Shown one piece after another: positions 56,883 to 64,000 of a DNA stretch of 64,000 bases (within the stretch, counting starts at the first letter, position 1; every line of letters starts with the position of its first letter). Made by a program: the position numbers and the translations under genes. The DNA is from an uncultured bacterium (lineage in GTDB: Bacteria > Acidobacteriota > HRBIN11 > JAKEFK01), in NCBI GenBank assembly GCA_963843285.1, contig CAWJJO010000005.1, positions 2,218 through 66,217 of the forward strand. Direction: 5' to 3'. The notes beneath the pieces are model-generated. The model worked only from the letters and a program-made list of their open reading frames with translations. It was not told the DNA's origin and made no database searches.

Positions 56883-58259
56883 ATGACCCAACGATTTGAT
56901 GCAATCATTATTGGAACCGGACAGGCAGGACCGTCACTTGCCGGTAGACTTTCAGCAGCCGGCTGGAAGGTGGCGGTAATCGAGCGGAAACGGTTTGGCG
57001 GTACTTGTGTGAACAACGGCTGCATTCCGACTAAAACGCTGGTAGCGAGCGCTCGTGCGGCGCACGTAACCCGACGTGGCCCGGAATACGGTGTCCGAAT
57101 TGACTCCCCGGTAAGGGTGGACATGAAGACGGTCAAGGAAAGGAAGGACGGGATTGTGCGGCAATCCAATCAGGGAGTCGAAAAATGGATGAAAAGCTTG
57201 ACGAACTGCAAAGTGTTCGAAGGTCACGGTTGTTTCGAAGGACCACACATGATCCGAGTGGGAGAAGAATTGCTGGAAGCGGACAAGATTTTTATCAACG
57301 TAGGTGGACGCGCACATATGCCTTCGGATCTGAGCTTGAATGGCGAAGCGTTGAACAACGCATCCATGATGGATGTAGATTTCCTGCCGGAACATCTCGT
57401 TGTGATCGGCGGCAGCTACATCGGGCTGGAGTTCGGCCAGATGTATCGCCGTTTTGGGAGCGAAGTGACGATCATTGAAATGGGACCGCGTCTGATCGGT
57501 CACGAAGATGAAGATATTTCGGAAGCCGTACGACAAATCATGGAGAAAGAAGGAATCAGGATCCGACTGAACGCAACCTGTATTCAGGCGGAAAAGCTCA
57601 ATGGAAAGATAATGGTTCGCCTGGATTGCCAGACCGGTGGAAACGAAATCGCCTGCTCGCATCTGCTTCTGGCGATCGGGCGCATTCCAAACACACAGGA
57701 CCTCGGATTGGACAAAGCCGGAGTGGAAACGGATCGACGTGGTTACATCACAGTAGATGATCAACTACGGACGAACATACCTGGCATCTGGGCCATGGGT
57801 GACTGCAACGGACGCGGCGCGTTCACGCATACCGCATACAACGATTTCGAAATTGTTGCAGCCAATTTACTGGACAACGATCCGCGGCGCGTGAGCGATC
57901 GAATTCTGACGTATGCGCTATTTGTAGATCCACCGCTCGGCCGCGCAGGAATGACCGAAGCCGAAGTTCGACAATCAGGGAAAAAAGCGCTGATCGGGAA
58001 ACGTCCAATGACCAGAATCAGCCGCGCGAAAGAAAAAGGGGAAACAGACGGTTTTATGAAAGTGCTGGTAGATGCGGAAAACAAACAGATTCTGGGTGCC
58101 GCGATTCTGGGGATCGAAGGAGATGAAATCATCCACTCCATCCTGGACATCATGTATGCCAAAGTACCGTACACTGTAATCCAACGGGCTATGCACATCC
58201 ACCCGACTGTATCGGAGCTGATCCCAACGATGCTGGGAGAATTGAAACCTCTCGAATAG
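56883..58259 (+). CDS. Class I pyridine nucleotide-disulfide oxidoreductase (mercuric/glutathione reductase-like flavoprotein)
   Basis: IIIGTGQAGP (FAD), GGTCVNNGCIPTK (redox disulfide), VVIGGSYIGLEFG (NAD(P)H), HIHPTVSELI (dimerisation-domain His-Glu). Confidence 0.8.
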   Translation: MTQRFDAIIIGTGQAGPSLAGRLSAAGWKVAVIERKRFGGTCVNNGCIPTKTLVASARAAHVTRRGPEYGVRIDSPVRVDMKTVKERKDGIVRQSNQGVEKWMKSLTNCKVFEGHGCFEGPHMIRVGEELLEADKIFINVGGRAHMPSDLSLNGEALNNASMMDVDFLPEHLVVIGGSYIGLEFGQMYRRFGSEVTIIEMGPRLIGHEDEDISEAVRQIMEKEGIRIRLNATCIQAEKLNGKIMVRLDCQTGGNEIACSHLLLAIGRIPNTQDLGLDKAGVETDRRGYITVDDQLRTNIPGIWAMGDCNGRGAFTHTAYNDFEIVAANLLDNDPRRVSDRILTYALFVDPPLGRAGMTEAEVRQSGKKALIGKRPMTRISRAKEKGETDGFMKVLVDAENKQILGAAILGIEGDEIIHSILDIMYAKVPYTVIQRAMHIHPTVSELIPTMLGELKPLE

Positions 58260-58383
58260 GCGTCGCGATTACCCTCCGCGCCCAGGCCGGTTGCCATTCG
58301 CGCCGTCGATGGATTACAATCAATACCTTCCAAAAACTATTTCCTGCGTAATTTGCAACTAATCACCTAATGGAGGAGTATCA

Positions 58384-58983
58384 ATGAAACGATTCACCGG
58401 GGTTGCGTTGTCGGCGTTGCTCGTGCTGTTCTGGGGCGGTTTCGTCCTGGCACAGACAAACGAGCATCCGACGGAGCATCCCAAAAAGACTGAACAACCC
58501 AAGGCGGAACATCCAGCCAAGAAAATGACAACCGAAGACATCGACAAAGCCATTACGGCCCATATAGTCGATGCATCCAAAGCGGACGGCAAGTTCCATG
58601 CGAAGGATAACGTCTTGAACAAGACGTGGGATCTGACTCTGGTAAAAGTTCACAAAGACAAACTCACTGCACTGGATGCAGACAACTACTTCGCCTGCGT
58701 TGACTTGAAGGCCGACGATGGCACCCAGGTAGACGTCGATTTCTTCCTGAAAAAAGACGGTAAAAACCTGGTTGTGACGGACACCACCGTGCATAAAATC
58801 AATGGTGAAGCCCGCTACATGTACGAGGAGAAAAATGGCTTCTGGGTACGCGTGGACAACGCGGGTCATGAACTTCCAAAAACGGAAGCCAAAGAGCATC
58901 CTGCAGGAGAGAAGAAAGAACATCCCGAAGGAGAGAAGAAAGAACACCCTGAGGGAGAAGAACCTCAATCGCAGAATAACTAA
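58384..58983 (+). CDS. Secreted protein with EHP repeats flanking a conserved-looking core; function unknown
   Basis: Signal peptide. N-terminal NEHPTEHPKKTEQPKAEHP and C-terminal KEHPAGEKKEHPEGEKKEHPEGE. GGAGGAG SD. Confidence 0.55.
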   Translation: MKRFTGVALSALLVLFWGGFVLAQTNEHPTEHPKKTEQPKAEHPAKKMTTEDIDKAITAHIVDASKADGKFHAKDNVLNKTWDLTLVKVHKDKLTALDADNYFACVDLKADDGTQVDVDFFLKKDGKNLVVTDTTVHKINGEARYMYEEKNGFWVRVDNAGHELPKTEAKEHPAGEKKEHPEGEKKEHPEGEEPQSQNN

Positions 58984-58990
58984 ATTCCGG

Positions 58991-59028
58991 GCGGGCGACC
59001 GGCACAAAGCTGGTCGCCCGCTTTCTTC
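58991..59028 (+). terminator. Intrinsic terminator (GGCGACC/GGTCGCC hairpin family)
   Basis: GCGGGCGACC ggcacaaagct GGTCGCCCGC followed by tttcttct. Confidence 0.65.
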
Positions 59029-59039
59029 TGGAGATAGAC

Positions 59040-60032
59040 ATGCGCTTTGCCAAATCTTTTGCCCTTGCCATTTTCCTGATTCCCCTCGTTACAGCTGCGG
59101 TCTCACCAAACCGGCAATTCGAAGCAACGTATATCGCAACCATTGAATCCATACCAACTGAAACCGGACAACTCGAATTATGGATACCTTTGCCGGCCGA
59201 CAATCCACATCAATCAATTTCGGCAATTAACATTGAAAGTCCCTACCGGATGTCCGTTCGGCACGATCCGGAGTTCGGAAATGCGTTTCTCTACACAAAG
59301 ATCGAGAATCCGAAAGAATCCACCGTGACTGTAAAAGTGCATTTTCGGGCGGAACGGCTCGAAGTAAAGAACGCGAATCTGACTCCTGTCGCAAATTGGA
59401 ACCCTGCTCCGGAAACATTCAAACGCTTTCTCAGGCCTGATCGCCTCGTGACGCTATCCCCCCGCATATGGAATCTGGCAGACAAACTCACCCGGGGGAT
59501 GGACACTCCGGAGGCGAAGGCAAGAGCCATTTACGACTACGTCGTCAGAAACGTCACGTATGACAAGACAGTACCCGGTTGGGGAAAAGGGGACACCGAA
59601 CGCGCATGCGATATCAAGAAAGGAAATTGCACAGACTTTCATTCGCTTTTCATTTCACTGGCCCGGGCCTCCGGTATCCCGGCAAGATTTGTGATCGGGT
59701 TTCCCCTGCTGCAGGATTCAAAAGGAACCCTACCCGGCTATCATTGCTGGGCAGAATTCTACATTGCCGGCCATGGATGGGTGCCCGTGGACACATCAGA
59801 GGCGTCCAAATCGAAAGACCCGGAACGTCGCAACTATCTGTTTGCAAATCTCGATCCTGATCGCATCGAGTTTACAGGCGGACGGGATATCATTCTGGAT
59901 CCGCCGCAAAAAGGGGAACCACTCAACTACTTCATTTACCCCTATGCAGAAGCGGACGGCAAGAAGATTGAAACCACAAAAATTCAATTGGATTACGTAA
60001 ATCTGCCGGTCGCTGCTATGGCCCTCAAGTGA
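59040..60032 (+). CDS. Transglutaminase-like cysteine protease-fold protein
   Basis: KKGNCTDFHSLFISLARASGIPARFVIGF (Cys), GYHCWAEFY (His), VPVDTSE (Asp). Signal peptide. Confidence 0.75.
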   Translation: MRFAKSFALAIFLIPLVTAAVSPNRQFEATYIATIESIPTETGQLELWIPLPADNPHQSISAINIESPYRMSVRHDPEFGNAFLYTKIENPKESTVTVKVHFRAERLEVKNANLTPVANWNPAPETFKRFLRPDRLVTLSPRIWNLADKLTRGMDTPEAKARAIYDYVVRNVTYDKTVPGWGKGDTERACDIKKGNCTDFHSLFISLARASGIPARFVIGFPLLQDSKGTLPGYHCWAEFYIAGHGWVPVDTSEASKSKDPERRNYLFANLDPDRIEFTGGRDIILDPPQKGEPLNYFIYPYAEADGKKIETTKIQLDYVNLPVAAMALK

Positions 60033-60076
60033 TCACTGAGCGATGACGAAAGCTTAGCAAACTTTTTTGTTTCTCA

Positions 60077-60457
60077 ATGCTGCAACAGTTTTGGTTTATT
60101 TTTCCCATGCCATGGAAGCGCTGGGGTTTGGCATGCTCTGGTCATTGCAACCATTCAAACTTGAGTATCGATCTGAAGTGGCTTAGGTACGTGGTCAATT
60201 CACCGCGCATGCACATCTGGCATCACGCGGCGGACGAGTCTGAAGCCGTGAACAAGAACTTCGGAATCGTCCTAAGCATTTGGGACTGGATCTTCAAGAC
60301 CGCCTACATGCCGGCCGGCCGGTTTCCGGTACGCCTCGGTTTTGATGGAATGCAGACATACCCTTCCGGATTTCTGAATCAGTACTTGTTTCCGCTCAGC
60401 TTGTTTTGGAAAAACCGAAAATCCATTCCGCCAACCGTTTCAGCGCGATCCGTCTGA
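60077..60457 (+). pseudogene. 3' remnant of a fatty acid hydroxylase / sterol desaturase-family gene
   Basis: Only the last part of the family is present (HSNLSIDLKWLRYVVNSPRMHIWHH..NFGIVLSIWDWIFKTAYMP). The upstream His boxes and TM helices are absent, and there is no room for them after the preceding gene. Confidence 0.45.
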
Positions 60458-60472
60458 AACTGGGTCCGGGCG

Positions 60473-61396
60473 CTAAGCTTCGGCAAGCACCATTAGAAAC
60501 CTCTGATCCCCACTCAGAAACTCCTGAACTGGGGAAAAACCCGCCTCCTCCTCGATCAGGCGCGGAAGTGCGTCGCGCGAAAATTTCCCGGAAACATTCA
60601 TCTTCAGTTTTTCCGACATTACTATATTTATAGTACTACCACCGATATTTAATGAAAGATCCCTGCTCGCTTGAAAGTGCTTGGTCAGATAGAAAAGTCC
60701 GGGGTAATCCTCAGCCGGCTTTGTTTCAAAGACGAGGCTGCCGTCCTCTTGCCTGATTCCAACACTGGCCAACGGCGCAAATGCAAACCGGCGGTTCAAA
60801 GGATTATCATACCCGGCGATGGAATCCTCGGCATAAAGCTCCCCATCAGCCAGGAGGAAATCGCCCGGTCTCGAGATCGTTCGTAACAGACGGCACATCT
60901 CCACCGGCGAGAAAGCGCCCAGTGTATTGCCTAGAATCATGAAGAGATGGGGTCTTGCGCCGGAAACAATCGATTCCAGATGGCCGCGATTGGTGGCCTC
61001 GGCCTTGTAAGCATGATACTGAATGCCCGATGAAATCGCTTCACGACAAGCCATCTCCAAAAGCGCCAGGCTGGAATCGACCGGAATATACCGAACGATC
61101 CTGCCTGAATCCCGGATCGCGCGTAAAAGCAGAATGTCCTTATTCCCCTGCCCTGATCCAATGCTGATCACTTCAAGATCCTGTGGTAGGCGTTTGGCCA
61201 TTTCCTCCGAATGACCGGATACGAGATCGGAAGACCGTATGAAGTTTCTGTACGCGCCGTCCTGGCATAAATCCAACCAGGCTTTTACGGAAAGCGGAAA
61301 CCAATAAAAGAATTTTTCTGGCAAAAATCGAGTCTCAAATGCCGATACAAACTGAGCCGCCAATTCATTTTCGGTTAGAAGTACTTCGATCTGCAC
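60473..61396 (-). CDS. EgtD-like SAM-dependent methyltransferase (histidine N-alpha-methyltransferase family, tentative)
   Basis: ISIGSGQGNKDILLLRAI, YIPVDSSLALLE, FMILGNTLGAFSP and PGDFLLADGELY parallel the EgtD family blocks. Confidence 0.5.
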   Translation of the reverse strand: MQIEVLLTENELAAQFVSAFETRFLPEKFFYWFPLSVKAWLDLCQDGAYRNFIRSSDLVSGHSEEMAKRLPQDLEVISIGSGQGNKDILLLRAIRDSGRIVRYIPVDSSLALLEMACREAISSGIQYHAYKAEATNRGHLESIVSGARPHLFMILGNTLGAFSPVEMCRLLRTISRPGDFLLADGELYAEDSIAGYDNPLNRRFAFAPLASVGIRQEDGSLVFETKPAEDYPGLFYLTKHFQASRDLSLNIGGSTINIVMSEKLKMNVSGKFSRDALPRLIEEEAGFSPVQEFLSGDQRFLMVLAEA

Positions 61397-61479
61397 TTAG
61401 TCTTGGAGATCTGCTCAACGGTAATTGTGGCTTCCCGTTCAACAGAAAGATAAAATATCCACAAGTATAACATTTTCTT

Positions 61480-62550
61480 ATGACTCTATTAGAGAGATTA
61501 GGGTGGAACGCGTCCTGGGGACGAGCGTTTGCGTCAATGCAATCGCGGGGATTTGTTCCGGGAAGAGTGACCGCGCAGCACAAGAATTCGTACCGTGTTT
61601 ATTTTGAGAATGGTGAAATCGTCGCTCGGGTTACAGGCAAACTGCTTCATGAAGCCGAACAATCGGGGATCCTTCCGGTTGTCGGAGATTGGATCGCTCT
61701 CCGCTTAGCAAACGATCAAAGTTCCGCCTCGATTCACGCCGTCCTGCCACGCAAAAGCAAATTTTCCAGGAAGATCGCAGGCAGTGTTACTCAAGAACAG
61801 GTCGCGGCTGCAAACGTCGACACGGTTTTTCTTGTCCAGGGGCTGGATGGAGACTTCAATCCGCGCAGACTGGAACGCTATCTTGTAATGGCGTGGGACA
61901 GCGGCGCGGCGCCCGTAATCATTTTGAGCAAGAAAGATATTTGTGTAGAAATAGACCAGAAATTGTATGAGGTCTCCTCGGTCTCTGCCGGAGTGCCTGT
62001 TCATGCGATCAGTTCTGTGACAGGAGAAGGGCTCGAACAGTTAGAAGCCTATACACACAATGGAAGAACAATCGCATTGCTCGGATCCTCCGGGGCCGGC
62101 AAATCGACCTTGATCAATCGCCTTCTGAACGAAGAAAGACAAAAAATCCAGGAAGTACGATCCAGCGACAGTAAAGGAAGACATACGACCACCCGCAGAG
62201 AATTACTGTTGTTGCCGTCCGGCGGTTGTGTGATCGATACACCCGGGATGCGTGAGCTACAGCTCTGGAGCGCACCGGATGGAATGATCCATGCATTTCC
62301 TGAGATTGCCGAAGTTGCGGCCCATTGTCGATTTGATAACTGCCGGCATAATGCGGAACCGGACTGCGCTGTAAAACAGGCCCTGATCGATGGCGCCTTA
62401 GATCCTGAACGATTCGAGAATTTCCAGAAGTTACAAAGGGAACTTGAGTACCTGAATTCAAGACAAGATCCGCTGCTTCGCGCAAAACGGCAGCAAAAGG
62501 TGCGGATGATTCACCGGCAACTGCGGAAGATTCCGCCGAAAAGATCGTGA
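61480..62550 (+). CDS. rsgA: Ribosome small-subunit-dependent GTPase A
   Basis: Circularly permuted GTPase: LSKKD (G4), GSSGAGKSTLINRL (G1), DTPGMRE (G3). Zinc knuckle CRFDNCRHNAEPDCAV. Confidence 0.9.
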   Translation: MTLLERLGWNASWGRAFASMQSRGFVPGRVTAQHKNSYRVYFENGEIVARVTGKLLHEAEQSGILPVVGDWIALRLANDQSSASIHAVLPRKSKFSRKIAGSVTQEQVAAANVDTVFLVQGLDGDFNPRRLERYLVMAWDSGAAPVIILSKKDICVEIDQKLYEVSSVSAGVPVHAISSVTGEGLEQLEAYTHNGRTIALLGSSGAGKSTLINRLLNEERQKIQEVRSSDSKGRHTTTRRELLLLPSGGCVIDTPGMRELQLWSAPDGMIHAFPEIAEVAAHCRFDNCRHNAEPDCAVKQALIDGALDPERFENFQKLQRELEYLNSRQDPLLRAKRQQKVRMIHRQLRKIPPKRS

Positions 62551-62551
62551 A

Positions 62552-62658
62552 GCCACAGAGAGAATTGCCACAGAGCTCACAGAGCGAGAACACAGAAAAA
62601 ATAAATTCTAACTCAGCCATTTCTCTGTGAACTCTGTGTCCTCTGTGTCCTCTGTGGC
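62552..62658. repeat. Long hairpin, CACAGAG-unit family, between convergent genes
   Basis: gccacagagagaattgccacagagctcacagagcgagaacacagaaaa pairs imperfectly with ttctctgtgaactctgtgtcctctgtgtcctctgtggc. Confidence 0.7.
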
Positions 62659-62674
62659 AAAGACTCAGTGGCCT

Positions 62675-64000
62675 CTAGGCTGTTTTTGCAGAAATCTCGT
62701 TCGATTCTCGATGAGCTGAATGCGAAACGGTCGGCGCGCGCAATGTCAAGAACTGCACCAGATCCTTGGAAAAGATCAGATCCAGCATCCAGTCCAGTGC
62801 CACACGAACCTTCTTTTCGAATCGAGGAAGCTTCGACAGATAGATGCCGCGCCACAAGAACCATGCGATAAATCCGGAGAAGTTGATCCCCATGATGTTT
62901 GCAACTCCCGTGCGACGCCCGATTGAAGCAAGCAGACCAATTGTAGTAAAAGAAAACGGCTTTTTGTTCCCTCCACGAATTGCCGCGGAAAGATTTTGAG
63001 CGAGCACTTTCCCCTGTCTCAGCGCATGCTGTGCCGTCGGCGGATACGGCTTACCGGTACTCTTATCGGTACACAGAGCGCAATCTCCCAGCGCCCAGAC
63101 TCCCGGAAAACCTGCGACTTCTAAGAATTCGTTGACCACGAGCTTCCCTTTTTCCTTTGCGCACGGAAGCGATTGCAACAGAGGATTTGGTGATGTGCCC
63201 GCCGTCCAGATCAGAGTGTCTGTTTCGATCATCGTACCGTCGTTCAGTTCTACACCATGTTCGGTAACACCCGAAACTCTCACGTTGGTACGGATCTCCA
63301 CCTTTCTCTCCGTCAGTTTCTTCTGCGCGTACGCGCCGAGTTTCTCACCGAGCTCCGGCAGAATCACTGAACCCGAATGGACAAGCACGATTCGCAGCTG
63401 ATCTTCTGTCAGGTTCGGATAATGCTCAATGGCTTCACGCAGAAAATCATTGATGGAGGCAATCGTCTCGACACCCGCAAACCCGCCCCCGGCAACAACA
63501 ACAGTCAATAGAGCAGGACGTTTTTCCAGAAAGCATTCAAAGTCTGCTTCCTCCAAAGACGCAATCAGTTTGTTTCTCAGATAGATTGCATCCCCTAACG
63601 ATTTCATCGTCAGGGCGCGTTCTTCCAGACCGGGAAGATTCAGGAAGTTCGTAATCGCACCAAGTCCAAGAATCAGATGATCGTATTGAAGCTCATGGTG
63701 ATGGTGTGATCCTCCGTGAGACACAAAGACGCGTTTGCCGTGAAGATCTACCTGTTCCACATCACCGTTAAAAAACTGGACACGCCGTAGAAGCTTGCGG
63801 ATCGGATTTACGATGTGCGCCAGATCCAGATCACTTGCTGCAACTTCATGCAACATTGGAGTGAACAGGAAAAAATTTTCGCGGTTCACAAGAGTGATCT
63901 GTACATTAGAATCGCGAGCCAGCGTTTTTTCCAGCTCCAGTGCTGCGTATACGCCGGCAAATCCGCCACCCAGAATTACAATTTTGGTCAATTTATTCAT
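62675..64000 (-). CDS. ndh: Type II NADH dehydrogenase (NDH-2)
   Basis: Full-length 441 aa with ATG at the window edge. IVILGGGFAGV and VVVAGGGFAGVE dinucleotide folds, WALGDCA motif, C-terminal membrane-association helix. Confidence 0.85.
   Translation of the reverse strand: MNKLTKIVILGGGFAGVYAALELEKTLARDSNVQITLVNRENFFLFTPMLHEVAASDLDLAHIVNPIRKLLRRVQFFNGDVEQVDLHGKRVFVSHGGSHHHHELQYDHLILGLGAITNFLNLPGLEERALTMKSLGDAIYLRNKLIASLEEADFECFLEKRPALLTVVVAGGGFAGVETIASINDFLREAIEHYPNLTEDQLRIVLVHSGSVILPELGEKLGAYAQKKLTERKVEIRTNVRVSGVTEHGVELNDGTMIETDTLIWTAGTSPNPLLQSLPCAKEKGKLVVNEFLEVAGFPGVWALGDCALCTDKSTGKPYPPTAQHALRQGKVLAQNLSAAIRGGNKKPFSFTTIGLLASIGRRTGVANIMGINFSGFIAWFLWRGIYLSKLPRFEKKVRVALDWMLDLIFSKDLVQFLTLRAPTVSHSAHRESNEISAKTA

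Overview
64-kb chromosomal window from a Gram-negative aerobe. Gene content and intergenic repeat types suggest an Acidobacteriota-like organism, but that is inference. All family calls come from motifs read by eye; no searches were run.

Layout, left to right:
(1) 1-5000: every gene is degraded by frameshifts or in-frame stops (REC-domain protein, DUF4239-like, STAS-like, Omp85-like and a ~540-aa secreted protein).
(2) 5.3-8.9 kb: two direct copies of a tRNA-Thr(UGU) 3' half bracket an integrase remnant, a double-glycine-leader/S74-domain protein, a lipoprotein and one of two paralogous secreted S1-like proteases. No intact tRNA is present.
(3) 10-21.7 kb: a membrane-lipid neighbourhood. It holds a GtrA-START fusion, a CDP-alcohol phosphatidyltransferase, a GT2, a HAD-IB hydrolase, a LarA-like protein, a 1460-aa reductase/adenylase/ACP/acyltransferase resembling ElbD of the myxobacterial ether-lipid pathway, and an SDR.
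(4) 23.3-24.9 kb: an IS110-family element inserted into a REP-like hairpin.
(5) Housekeeping and catabolic genes: FolB, a domain-permuted aconitase-family enzyme, an ALDH, an M20 amidohydrolase, a choline-monooxygenase-like Rieske oxygenase, a betaine-type ABC importer, proline dehydrogenase and TonB.
(6) 37.2-51 kb: an alternative complex III (actABCDEF), Sco and caa3 oxidase array with mostly overlapping start/stop codons.
(7) Right end: a cation antiporter, an ECF sigma / STAS-like / ECF sigma module, PolX, a flavoprotein disulfide reductase, a transglutaminase-like protein, RsgA and NDH-2.

At least three families of structured intergenic repeats are dispersed through the window, and several supply coding termini or signal-peptide segments. 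No rRNA, intact tRNA or CRISPR array was seen.
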